Of a stretch of 64,000 nucleotides of DNA, positions 29,155 through 38,305 are shown piece after piece. Below the pieces are notes generated by a model, which saw only the letters and a program-made list of their open reading frames with translations, was not told where the DNA came from and did not search any database. Both the position numbers and the translations under genes were made by a program. The first letter of the stretch is position 1. Every line of letters starts with the position of its first letter. Origin of the DNA: Ignavibacteriota bacterium (GTDB taxonomy: Bacteria; Bacteroidota; Ignavibacteria; Palsa-1295); the NCBI GenBank assembly GCA_963787835.1, contig CAWBEI010000002.1, positions 896,001 through 960,000 of the forward strand. The letters run 5' to 3'.

Positions 29155-29775
29155 TCACACGGTTTCCTGACCCGCTCGACCAAATAAATATCGCGCGCGC
29201 ATCCTGCGAAGCACTGGCCAATTATCGTAACCATACGAGACCGCTGAAGCGAACGTAAGCAGGGTGATAATACCCATCAGCCAGAACGAAACATCGGATA
29301 CGAAATACGCATGGGCCATCTTGGCGAGGCCAATTCCAAAATGACCACCCTGCGCAAACAGCTCGACAAGCAAAAGAATGATAAAGCCCATTTGTGCAAA
29401 GGTCTTTACCTTCCCGAAATAACTCGTCTTTACATGAAGGCCGATGTTGTCCGCAAATCTTCGCAGCAATGTTAAAAAAATATCCCGGAACACCACGATG
29501 ATAACCATCCACCAGGGAATGATGGACATCCATGCGAAGGCCACGAATGCCGAACCAGTCAGTAACTTATCGGCAAGCGGATCGAGGAAGGCGCCAAGAT
29601 CGGAGACAAGCCCCATCTTCCTCGCCATGTGGCCATCCCACCAATCGCTAATGGCCGCAACAGCAAAAACGAACCCTGCCCAGCCAATTTCGGGCGGATG
29701 CACAATGGCGATCAGCACGAAAAAGACCGGCACAAGCACGATCCGAAGCACCGTAAGCTGTGTGGGCAGTTTCAT
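29155..29775 (-). CDS. pgsA: CDP-diacylglycerol--glycerol-3-phosphate 3-phosphatidyltransferase
   Basis: DWWDG-x-x-AR...G-x-x-LDPLADK; start placed at MKLP. Confidence 0.92.
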   Translation of the reverse strand: MKLPTQLTVLRIVLVPVFFVLIAIVHPPEIGWAGFVFAVAAISDWWDGHMARKMGLVSDLGAFLDPLADKLLTGSAFVAFAWMSIIPWWMVIIVVFRDIFLTLLRRFADNIGLHVKTSYFGKVKTFAQMGFIILLLVELFAQGGHFGIGLAKMAHAYFVSDVSFWLMGIITLLTFASAVSYGYDNWPVLRRMRARYLFGRAGQETV

Positions 29776-29814
29776 TTTAGACCCAAACAAGGGTTTAGGA
29801 GAGAGGGTTTTGCT

Positions 29815-31116
29815 CTAAATTCTGGCTGTTTTTCTCAATCGTGCAACGAAGAATCCATCACATCCCTGCAGATCCGGCCGTGTTCGAAGGGTTTCTTCGA
29901 GTGTAAACTCGGGACGGACACGTGTGAACCACTTTAGTTGGTCTTCACCTTCTTCTTTCAGCAGGGAGCACGTCGCATAAAGCAGTGTACCGCCAGGTTT
30001 AACGAACCGGGCGTTCTCTTCCAGAATGACCTGCTGTTTTGCCAGCAATTCGCTCAGCATCTGCTCCGTTAACACCCACTTAATTCCCGGATTTCTGCGA
30101 AGTGTACCCGTGCCAGTGCACGGTACATCGAGCAGAACGAGATCGAACCATTCGGTCTTATCTTCGCCGAGCATTTTCTCTCTCTGCGTTGGGAGTACAA
30201 TTCTGATATTCTGTGCGCCACTTCGACGCGAGCGAATTTTTAGTTCTTCGAGCTTGCGAGCTTCCGCATCGGTTGCGTAGATCTCGCCATGATTTTTCAT
30301 CAGTGCGGCAAGATGAAGCGTTTTGCCACCGGCTCCGGCACAGGCGTCGAGTGCCTTTATTGCGGTCTTTCGAATCTGCGCGAATGGCACCACAAGCTGA
30401 CTGGCTTCGTCCTGCACTTCGAACAATCCGTGCCGGAACGATTCAAGACTGAGCGCACTGATGCGCCTGCCGATCGTAAGTGCATCTGGTGCAAGCGTGG
30501 AAAATGTTCCTTCGAATCCTTCATTTCGAAGTTCTTCCTGCAAAACTTCGCGCGTCGTAAGAAGAGTATTAGCACGGAGCGAGATCGGAGCTTCCTCGTT
30601 GAGAGAGGCAAGAATCGGTTCCAATGAATCCATACCGTATTCGGCACCGATGCGCAACGCGCACCAACTTGGGAATGAATACAGAACGGCCAGCCGCTCG
30701 ACGAACGAGAGTTTTTCGAGGCGGGCACGCTCCAACTCCGCGTCAGCAAGTCGCTCGATGGCGGGTAGTTCAAACGAAATATCGATGTCTGCAAACGTAG
30801 CTTGCACTTCGACTAAGCCAGTGCCACGCATAAGCATAAGCGCAGCGACCATTTGAGCCTCCGGTATTGGGCTGTCAGAGGCCTGATCGTCTGGAATTTC
30901 TTCACCCAGAAATGCGTCCGCAACGCGCGCTTCTAAGCGGCGATAATTTTTTATCGCGGCATAATAATATTCCGCGATGCTTCGGCGGTCCTTTGCACCG
31001 AGATATTTTCGCTCCACAAAAAACCGGCGTAGGATGGCATCCGCAGGAATGGCAGGATTCACACGAAAGATCGATAACACTTCCGTTACATGACCGGCAA
31101 TACTGGAAAGGCGCAT
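29815..31116 (-). CDS. RsmB/NOP family RNA m5C methyltransferase
   Basis: VQDEASQ, DACAGAGGKT, DVPCTGTG, YATCS. Confidence 0.92.
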   Translation of the reverse strand: MRLSSIAGHVTEVLSIFRVNPAIPADAILRRFFVERKYLGAKDRRSIAEYYYAAIKNYRRLEARVADAFLGEEIPDDQASDSPIPEAQMVAALMLMRGTGLVEVQATFADIDISFELPAIERLADAELERARLEKLSFVERLAVLYSFPSWCALRIGAEYGMDSLEPILASLNEEAPISLRANTLLTTREVLQEELRNEGFEGTFSTLAPDALTIGRRISALSLESFRHGLFEVQDEASQLVVPFAQIRKTAIKALDACAGAGGKTLHLAALMKNHGEIYATDAEARKLEELKIRSRRSGAQNIRIVLPTQREKMLGEDKTEWFDLVLLDVPCTGTGTLRRNPGIKWVLTEQMLSELLAKQQVILEENARFVKPGGTLLYATCSLLKEEGEDQLKWFTRVRPEFTLEETLRTRPDLQGCDGFFVARLRKTARI

Positions 31117-32216
31117 TAATGTATCTCCGGTCGATGAACGAGTGGTAAACGTGGATGAGCGGCCAGCGAAAGATCGTTAACGTTCCCACGCGTGAGTTTG
31201 AGGGCCCCAAGCATAGCGATCATAGCTGCGTTATCCGTTGAAAAAAGTGGACGCGGCACGAAAAAGCGCATTCCGCGATGGATACACTCCGTTTTAAATC
31301 GCTCGCGTAGTTCCGAATTGGCGCTAACACCGCCAACGCAGACAATGTCCGTGATACCGTTCGCTTCGGCAGCTCGGAGGGTTTTTGTTACGAGAATATC
31401 GACCATTGCTCGCTGAAAGGAAGCGGCAATGTCACGCACATCATAACCACCCCCTACCCCCTCCTTCTTAAGGTGGGGGTTGTTGTTCTCCCCCTCCTTA
31501 AGAAGGAGGGGGTTGGGGGGTGGTTGTTTTTTTAACCAATATAGCACTGACGTTTTAATACCACTAAAGCTAAAATCGTAATTATCTTCATTCATCAATG
31601 CGCGTGGGAATTTAACGAAGGTTGGATTGCCCTCGCGTGCAAGCTTATCTATTTCTGGGCCGGCAGGATAATCTAGGCCCAGCATTTTGCCGACTTTATC
31701 GAAGGCCTCGCCGGCTGCATCGTCTAACGTCTCTCCGAGAAATTGATAACTGCCGACATCGTTCACAAGTATGAGAAGCGTGTGGCCACCCGATACGACC
31801 AATGTGACAAATGGTACTTCCGGTTTATCCTTTTCTAATAATGCACTGAAAATATGTGCTTCAATATGATGAATACCGATGAGTGGAATATTAAGTCCCA
31901 TCGACAACCCCTTTGCAAAATTCAGTCCGACGAGTAAGGAACCCATCAATCCTGGCGCATGGGTGACAGCCACTGCGTCCAATCCCTCCAGTGTGATGTT
32001 GGCCTGACGAAGTGTTTCCCGAAGGATAGGCAGAATGCTGCGAACATGCGCGCGCGATGCAAGCTCCGGCACCACGCCGCCGAATTTATCGTGGAAGAAT
32101 TGGGAGGATACTACGACGGATGCGAGTTCACCGTCGCGCAGGATGGCAGCGCTCGTTTCATCACACGATGTTTCGATGCCGAGGATACATCCGCTTTGTG
32201 AAATGGCAAGACTCAC
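31116..32216 (-). CDS. tsaD: tRNA threonylcarbamoyltransferase TsaD
   Basis: GIETSCDET, GGVVPELASR-x-H, HHIEAH, DDAAGEAFDK, TDNAAMI. Confidence 0.97.
   Translation of the reverse strand: MSLAISQSGCILGIETSCDETSAAILRDGELASVVVSSQFFHDKFGGVVPELASRAHVRSILPILRETLRQANITLEGLDAVAVTHAPGLMGSLLVGLNFAKGLSMGLNIPLIGIHHIEAHIFSALLEKDKPEVPFVTLVVSGGHTLLILVNDVGSYQFLGETLDDAAGEAFDKVGKMLGLDYPAGPEIDKLAREGNPTFVKFPRALMNEDNYDFSFSGIKTSVLYWLKKQPPPNPLLLKEGENNNPHLKKEGVGGGYDVRDIAASFQRAMVDILVTKTLRAAEANGITDIVCVGGVSANSELRERFKTECIHRGMRFFVPRPLFSTDNAAMIAMLGALKLTRGNVNDLSLAAHPRLPLVHRPEIH
31446..31524. repeat. Two inverted intragenic palindromic elements in tsaD
   Basis: ACCACCCCCTACCCCCTCCTTCTTAAGGTGGGG and CTCCCCCTCCTTAAGAAGGAGGGGGTTGGGGGGTGGT. 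Confidence 0.9.
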
Positions 32217-34300
32217 TCGATCACCTCCACCACAATTTCATTCTCCAGCTCTTGATTGTCGGCATCGCCCGCTGATTCCGCCAGCGCTTTATCCTTGAAA
32301 TAGTTAACGATAACCTTCATTGCCTTCAGTCCAACCGCAGTGACTAATTCTGGCTCACTCGCCAACTTTACGCCTTCAACGGAGCCAAATCGTTCCAATA
32401 GTTTAAGCGCGGTCTTTTTTCCTACGCCAGGAATTTGGGTGAGTTCGGTTTGGAGCGTTCTTCTGTCGCGGAGCTGTCGATGGAAGGTTATTGCAAACCG
32501 GTGTGCTTCGTCACGAACATGCTGGAGCAATCTCAAACTGCTGGATGATCGTGGAAGAATGAGCGCTTCCAGCGATGAAGTGGTAAATACTTCCTCCAAC
32601 CGCTTTGCAAGGCCGATCATCGGAATGGATGTGAGGTCAAGCTCGGACATGACTTCATACGCGCTGGAAAGCTGCCCTTTACCGCCATCAATAATGATGA
32701 GATCGGGCAAATCGGATTTTTCAGCTAATGCACGAATATAGCGCCGTCGGACGACCTCTCGCATAGCAGCAAAATCATCGTTCCCAACGACTGTTTTTAT
32801 TTTATATTTTCGATAGTCCTGTTTTTTCGGCTTTCCATCGACAAACACGACCATCGAGCTCACATACTCCGTGCCCTGCAAATGCGAATTATCGAAACAT
32901 TCGATGCGGCGCGGCGGGCGTTTCAGATGCAGATCGCGCTCGATCGCTTTCAGCACATGCGGAATGTGATCGGCTTCTTTCATTTTCTGCAGCTTGATCT
33001 CTCCAAGCAGAAAGCGCGCGTTCGCTCGCACCATCTCCATCAATTTTGCTTTCTCGCCGATCTTGGGATGGACAATATTCGGCGGTTTCATCGCTCCTGC
33101 TTCTTCATCGACAGAAAGCTCCCGAGCGCGGCGGCCAAGCCAGGCTATGAGTGTGTCTTCATCTTCCAATTCAAGTGGCAAGAGAATTTCTTCTGGAATA
33201 TATTCAGCAACGGAATAATATTGCTCGATGAGTGCTGATAGAATTTCCGCGTCCGGCTTTCCTTCGATGTTGGTGAAGAAAAAATGCTGCTTGCCGATGA
33301 GTTTTCCATCGCGGACTTTGAAGACAATGCCACAGGCGTCATCATCCTCGTGTGCAAGCGCAAAAATATCGCGGTCGATGTCTTCATCCGTCACGACTTT
33401 TTGCTTGCTGGCGTAATCCTCCAATATTTTTAATTGATCGCGAATCTTGCCAGCTTCTTCGAATCGCATTTCTTCGGAAAGTCGTACAATATCAGCCTTC
33501 AGTGCCTGCTCCACATCCCGTGTGCGGCCAGCGAGCAGCTTCCGCACTTTATCGATCATTGCGCGATAATGTTCCTGCGTGACTAATCCCTCACACGGGC
33601 CTTCACATTTCTTGATGTGAAATTCAAGGCAAACCTTTACTTTACCTCGCAAAATTAACTGCTCGTCGATATAATAATCGCAGGTTCGAATGGGAAAAAT
33701 GTCACGAAGCGTTTTTAGGAGATAGCGCAGATAGCCGGCTTCCGTATAAGGCCCATAATATTTCGATCCATCGCGGATCTTTCTGCGCGTTGAAAAAACA
33801 CGGGGATAAGGCTCGTTGGTAACGACGACATAAGGATATGTTTTATCATCCTTGAGATTGACATTATATCTCGGTTTCAGCTTTTTTATCAGCGTATTCT
33901 CGAGAATGAGCGCTTCGACATCGCTATCGGTGAGGATCACTTCAACATCGGCGATTTTCGATACGAGTGCGCGGAACTTTCCATCGCCGACACCACGGCG
34001 ATAATTCAAAAAGTACGAGCGAACTCGGTTCCGAAGCACCTTTGCCTTACCCACATAGATCACGCGGCCCGCGCCATTCTTAAACTGATAGACGCCCGGG
34101 TCTTTCGGCAACGAATCGAGCTTTTCTTCGAGTGTCAGATCATCGGCGGTAACCGAAAGATGAATATGCGCGCCAAAGGTCGCAATATCAATTGCGTCCT
34201 CTTCTTGTTCGAGTTCGTCATCGTGAAAGGGGATCTGATCGAATTCGTCGGGATTCGATGGTGAGTGCAGATCATCCATCGGGACAGATTTTTCCTCCAT
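32213..34300 (-). CDS. uvrC: Excinuclease ABC subunit C
   Basis: PGVY...YVGKAK-x-LR-x-RV-x-SYF, IECFDNSH, DGGKGQL, RDEAHRFA. Confidence 0.97.
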   Translation of the reverse strand: MEEKSVPMDDLHSPSNPDEFDQIPFHDDELEQEEDAIDIATFGAHIHLSVTADDLTLEEKLDSLPKDPGVYQFKNGAGRVIYVGKAKVLRNRVRSYFLNYRRGVGDGKFRALVSKIADVEVILTDSDVEALILENTLIKKLKPRYNVNLKDDKTYPYVVVTNEPYPRVFSTRRKIRDGSKYYGPYTEAGYLRYLLKTLRDIFPIRTCDYYIDEQLILRGKVKVCLEFHIKKCEGPCEGLVTQEHYRAMIDKVRKLLAGRTRDVEQALKADIVRLSEEMRFEEAGKIRDQLKILEDYASKQKVVTDEDIDRDIFALAHEDDDACGIVFKVRDGKLIGKQHFFFTNIEGKPDAEILSALIEQYYSVAEYIPEEILLPLELEDEDTLIAWLGRRARELSVDEEAGAMKPPNIVHPKIGEKAKLMEMVRANARFLLGEIKLQKMKEADHIPHVLKAIERDLHLKRPPRRIECFDNSHLQGTEYVSSMVVFVDGKPKKQDYRKYKIKTVVGNDDFAAMREVVRRRYIRALAEKSDLPDLIIIDGGKGQLSSAYEVMSELDLTSIPMIGLAKRLEEVFTTSSLEALILPRSSSSLRLLQHVRDEAHRFAITFHRQLRDRRTLQTELTQIPGVGKKTALKLLERFGSVEGVKLASEPELVTAVGLKAMKVIVNYFKDKALAESAGDADNQELENEIVVEVIE

Positions 34301-34713
34301 TACTTGCCCTCCTTTTTAGGGAGGGTTTGGCACAGCTCAACTAACACTCCATTCGTCGATCTGGGATGAAGAAATGCGATGAGCGTATTGTGTGAACCCG
34401 GGCGTGGGGTTTCATCGATGAGCTGAAATCCTTGTCCTTTAAGCCGAGCTAATTCTTTAGCCACGTCTTCCACTTCAAATGCAACATGATGAATGCCTTC
34501 ACCGCGCTTTTCGAGAAATCTTGAAATTGGGGAATCCTCACTGGTAGGCTCGGTCAATTCGACCCTGGCATCGCCAAGCTCGAACGATGCGATTCGTACT
34601 TTTTGATCGGCAACTTCCTCGTGATGGGTGTCAGAAACCCCAAGCAGCTTAGCAAAAAGCTGCTCTGCGCTTTTAAGGTCGCGCACGGCGATGCCGAAAT
34701 GAGAAATCTTCAT
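34300..34713 (-). CDS. mce: Methylmalonyl-CoA epimerase
   Basis: H-x-GIAV, GEGIHHVAF, FLHP-x-STNGVLVEL. Confidence 0.92.
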   Translation of the reverse strand: MKISHFGIAVRDLKSAEQLFAKLLGVSDTHHEEVADQKVRIASFELGDARVELTEPTSEDSPISRFLEKRGEGIHHVAFEVEDVAKELARLKGQGFQLIDETPRPGSHNTLIAFLHPRSTNGVLVELCQTLPKKEGK

Positions 34714-34752
34714 TGGTGAGATAACAAAGTCCGGTTCTAAAAAAGCGCGGAA

Positions 34753-35133
34753 TCAACTGGCCGCAGCGTCCGCTAAATCCCTTCGAACATGATAAAGCTG
34801 CTCTAAAAATGGCGGGATGTCATTTTCCATGGCCAACCAAAGCAGGTGGTACTCGATGTCATCGTAACCGTGTATCAAACGATTACGCAGATCGGTCGCT
34901 TCACGCCAGGGCATTTCAGGATAGGTACGCTTAAGTTCATCGCTAATTCTTGAAGCAGCTTCGCCGAGCATTTCGTAAAGCTGCATCACGGCATACATTG
35001 TGACCCAATCATCCTCCAACACTTCTTCTGAAATGCTGTTCGTCAATTCTGCAAGTTTTTCGCAGAACTCGATCATGTGATTAACCCGATATCTATCGCT
35101 ATCCCGTGTAGATAGGGTGGGCATTTTGTACAA
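34753..35133 (-). CDS. HepT (DUF86) HEPN toxin
   Basis: GEAA...PW...RNRLIHGY (RX4HXY motif). Confidence 0.88.
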   Translation of the reverse strand: MYKMPTLSTRDSDRYRVNHMIEFCEKLAELTNSISEEVLEDDWVTMYAVMQLYEMLGEAASRISDELKRTYPEMPWREATDLRNRLIHGYDDIEYHLLWLAMENDIPPFLEQLYHVRRDLADAAAS

Positions 35134-35395
35134 CCTCGTTTCGGAAGGCTCGGTTTAGGAAACCGGCCGTGTTAAGATCCACACGTCTCCCAAAAACCTC
35201 CCCAAGTTCGCGCTGGAGACGCTCTAAGCCGAAAAGTCCGACCTTTGACTCCGGCTTAAATTCGACGAGGAGATCGAGATCGCTCGTAGGTTTGTCTTCT
35301 CCTTTCAATACCGATCCAAAAACCGCCAGCCGTTGCACATAATAGTCACGGCACAGCGTTTCAAGGCGATTTTGATCGTAGATAAGCGGTTTCAC
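35099..35395 (-). CDS. Minimal nucleotidyltransferase antitoxin (MntA-like)
   Basis: FGS-x-x-x-G...SDLDLLVEF, GRRVDL. Confidence 0.88.
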   Translation of the reverse strand: MKPLIYDQNRLETLCRDYYVQRLAVFGSVLKGEDKPTSDLDLLVEFKPESKVGLFGLERLQRELGEVFGRRVDLNTAGFLNRAFRNEVVQNAHPIYTG

Positions 35396-35464
35396 GCTTG
35401 TAATACAATCATTTGTTCAAAAATGTTTTGTTCCAGATCAAACGGAAGTATTTTTGTAGTGTCA

Positions 35465-36688
35465 ATGTCGCCTACCCGCAAAATATCGATCTTTCCGCTG
35501 ATGGCCGTGAGCTTTATCAGCATGCTCGGCTATGGGATCGTGCTGCCATCGCTGGTGTATGTGGTAAAGTTATTTCACGGCAGTGATTTTCTCTATGGCG
35601 CAGTTGGTGCGTGCTATTCGGCCTGCCAATTTTTCGGAGCGCCGTTGCTGGGCAAGCTCTCGGATCGTTTTGGGCGCAAGAAAATTTTATTTCTGAGTGT
35701 GTTTGGCTCAGCAGTTGCCTGGATATTATTTATCGTTGCGTTTAAGTTGCCGATGACGATCATGGGTACGTTTACTACTTCGATGACGGGCGCGGTGTCC
35801 ATTACATTGCCAATGCTGTGCATCTTTATCGCTCGCAGCTTCGATGGACTAACCGCTGGTGATGTTTCCGTTGCGAATGCCTACGTTGCAGACATTACAA
35901 CACTGGAAGAACGCAAAGCAGATTTCGGCAAGATGGGTGTGGCTGGAAATCTGGGATTTATTCTTGGACCCGCACTTGCCGGTGTGCTGGCACAAACATC
36001 GTTTGGACTGAACTTGCCGATCTTCGTCGCACTTGGCACGTCTATTTTTGCACTCCTGCTGATCATCTTTGTTCTTCCGGAATCACATCCAAACAAGAAT
36101 AAGGAGGGAAGCGACAAATCCAAATCCATGACGCTCCGACAAGCACTTGCAACGGATCATGTGCCACTGTTGCTTGCAATCTATTTCGTATTCTTCCTTG
36201 CATTCAGCTTGTTCGTCGCGGCATTTCCGCTCTATGCGACGGAATCGCTCCATTGGTCTATCACAGAAACGGGAATTTTCTTTTCCGTGCTATCTGTCGT
36301 GATTGTTATCACCGAAGGGCCGATCCTCTCCTGGTTCAATAAGCGAGCGACTGCTGAGTCACTCACGATCTGGGGAACATTCATTGTCGTGCTAAGTTAT
36401 GTTTCTTTACTCGTGCCAAGCCCTGTATTCGCTTATTCAGCGGCAGTGCTTTATGCGCTCGGTAATGGCTTGATGTGGCCATCGTTCCTCTCGCTTCTTT
36501 CTGATCGCGCAGGAGAATCGAATCAGGGTTATATACAAGGACTGGGTAACAGCGCAGGTTCACTGGCTTCGATCGGAGGATTGCTTGTGGGAGGGATCCT
36601 CTTTACTGCGATGAAGGGAAATGTGTTTATCGTGCAGGCGGTGCTGGTTGCGATCGTCTTCGGGATGGCATTCCGGCTACGACGCTGA
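35465..36688 (+). CDS. MFS transporter (TetA/DHA1-like)
   Basis: GKLSDRFGRK, GFILGPALAG; start placed at MSPT. Confidence 0.88.
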   Translation: MSPTRKISIFPLMAVSFISMLGYGIVLPSLVYVVKLFHGSDFLYGAVGACYSACQFFGAPLLGKLSDRFGRKKILFLSVFGSAVAWILFIVAFKLPMTIMGTFTTSMTGAVSITLPMLCIFIARSFDGLTAGDVSVANAYVADITTLEERKADFGKMGVAGNLGFILGPALAGVLAQTSFGLNLPIFVALGTSIFALLLIIFVLPESHPNKNKEGSDKSKSMTLRQALATDHVPLLLAIYFVFFLAFSLFVAAFPLYATESLHWSITETGIFFSVLSVVIVITEGPILSWFNKRATAESLTIWGTFIVVLSYVSLLVPSPVFAYSAAVLYALGNGLMWPSFLSLLSDRAGESNQGYIQGLGNSAGSLASIGGLLVGGILFTAMKGNVFIVQAVLVAIVFGMAFRLRR

Positions 36689-37048
36689 AGGCCGATACAT
36701 TACCACATCCACTTTTTCCAACGTCACCATTCCTCCGCCGATCATTTCCTCCAGATCAGGCATGACGCTACGTATCTTCGATTCGCGATCGACCACCTCA
36801 ATAATGATTGGTAGATCGCTCGAAAGATATTCCGATAGAATATTTCGCGCCTTGGCACTTGCACCAAATCCGGCAATGGCGCGAACAACGGTGCATCCGG
36901 CAAGACCGCGCGCGCGGAAATCGTTCAGCAATGCTTCCCAAAGTGGCTTGCCCTTGAACTTGCCCTGAGCGGCTTTATCGGACTCTCCGATGAAGATACG
37001 CATGAGCATCCAGGGATCGTTCGGATCGTTTTTGGTAAATGAATCCAT
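36677..37048 (-). CDS. DUF190 family protein
   Basis: MRIFIGESD, GLAG-x-TV-x-R-x-IAGFG, LSSDLPIIIEVVD; next to crcB. Confidence 0.88.
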   Translation of the reverse strand: MDSFTKNDPNDPWMLMRIFIGESDKAAQGKFKGKPLWEALLNDFRARGLAGCTVVRAIAGFGASAKARNILSEYLSSDLPIIIEVVDRESKIRSVMPDLEEMIGGGMVTLEKVDVVMYRPSAS

Positions 37049-37049
37049 A

Positions 37050-37424
37050 TTACAATGCCATTTCCGCAAGTGCAAATCCGGCGAGGCACGCGAGCGGTGC
37101 GAACAGAACGGTCGAACCCATATAACAGAATGCAATACCGAATTGCCGTTGCATCATCAGGGTTACAAATTCGTAGGAGAAGGTACTCATCGTCGTGTAG
37201 CCGCCGCAGAAACCCGTTGTGAGCATCAGCCGCATTTCCGGTGAAGATGCTACACCCGTTAAATACCGCATGAGAAAACCCAGCGCAAGGGAACCCGTAA
37301 CGTTGATCACGAGTGTGGCCCATGGGAAAGGCGTGGTGCTCCATCCGGAGATCCAATGCCCGAGCGCGTAACGCCCGATCACTCCGGCAACGCCGCCTAA
37401 CGCGAGAAACAAATATGGCTTGAT
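37050..37424 (-). CDS. crcB: Fluoride efflux channel CrcB/FluC (start uncertain)
   Basis: GG-x-x-G-x-x-x-RY, FP-x-x-TL-x-IN-x-x-G, GFCGGYTT-x-STF. Confidence 0.92.
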   Translation of the reverse strand: MKPYLFLALGGVAGVIGRYALGHWISGWSTTPFPWATLVINVTGSLALGFLMRYLTGVASSPEMRLMLTTGFCGGYTTMSTFSYEFVTLMMQRQFGIAFCYMGSTVLFAPLACLAGFALAEMAL

Positions 37425-37437
37425 CGCTATGATAGTA

Positions 37438-38301
37438 TTAAAACCGATAAGCGAGCGTAAGATTTCCCAAACCCGGTTCAATAACAAAACTTGTGGGCTT
37501 TGCATCGTTCGTGCTGAGGTCATAATGTTCTGTTTGATTCACGACCCAATAGCCCGTAACCGAACCGATCACGCCGCCCAAAAATGTATCGGAAAGCCAA
37601 TGTTTGTCTGTGTACATGCGGCTATACATAGTGAGTCCAACCAGCGAATAAAGTCCCGCCGTGGCGTAGGGATTGTCGATCTCAGCGGCGAGCGTGGAGG
37701 ATAGTGCAGCCGCAACAGTTACGTGTCCCGATGGGAGCGAATTCCACGCATCATTCAGGGTGAACCCATGATAGACATTAGGACCATTATTATTATAAGG
37801 CCTCTCGCGTCCGAAAATTACTTTGAGAAGCGTCGTCGTAATTCCGGCATACGCGAAGGACTCCACAACGTCACGACCCATTAGCCGAATTTTCGAATCG
37901 TCCGAAAAAAGTCCAATGGAATACAGCGACAGAGCAGAAAGCGCTGTTGCATATCCGTTCCCGTAAAAATTATCGCCGAACTGCGAAATACTATTCCCAA
38001 CATTGCTCTGATTCCTTTGAAATAATTTGCGAACGTTGTTATCGACAGTAGCTTCGGAAAGATACGTAACACCTCCAACTGCAGCAACCAGAAGCCAATC
38101 TTTCGCATCCCAATGCAGAGGTTGCTCGAAATAGCTCACGCCATCATATGCGCCTTCTTTGATGTCGTGCCAGAGGATGTGGGATTTTGAAAGGGTATCG
38201 AGAAGTGAGAGTTGCGGATGTGCGCTTGAGTCAATATTCTGCGCTGAAACCCTCCCAGATGTCACTGCAAAAAAGATGATCAGAAGTAGAGCAATACGCA
38301 T
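37438..38301 (-). CDS. PAP2 family phosphatase
   Basis: K-x6-RP, PSGH, SR-x5-H-x3-D. Confidence 0.88.
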   Translation of the reverse strand: MRIALLLIIFFAVTSGRVSAQNIDSSAHPQLSLLDTLSKSHILWHDIKEGAYDGVSYFEQPLHWDAKDWLLVAAVGGVTYLSEATVDNNVRKLFQRNQSNVGNSISQFGDNFYGNGYATALSALSLYSIGLFSDDSKIRLMGRDVVESFAYAGITTTLLKVIFGRERPYNNNGPNVYHGFTLNDAWNSLPSGHVTVAAALSSTLAAEIDNPYATAGLYSLVGLTMYSRMYTDKHWLSDTFLGGVIGSVTGYWVVNQTEHYDLSTNDAKPTSFVIEPGLGNLTLAYRF

Positions 38302-38305
38302 ATTG

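Noticed and set aside
37424-37560. Fluoride riboswitch upstream of crcB
   Set aside because: The region is PAP2 coding sequence and lacks the GGCGATGGTGTTCGCC-like motif
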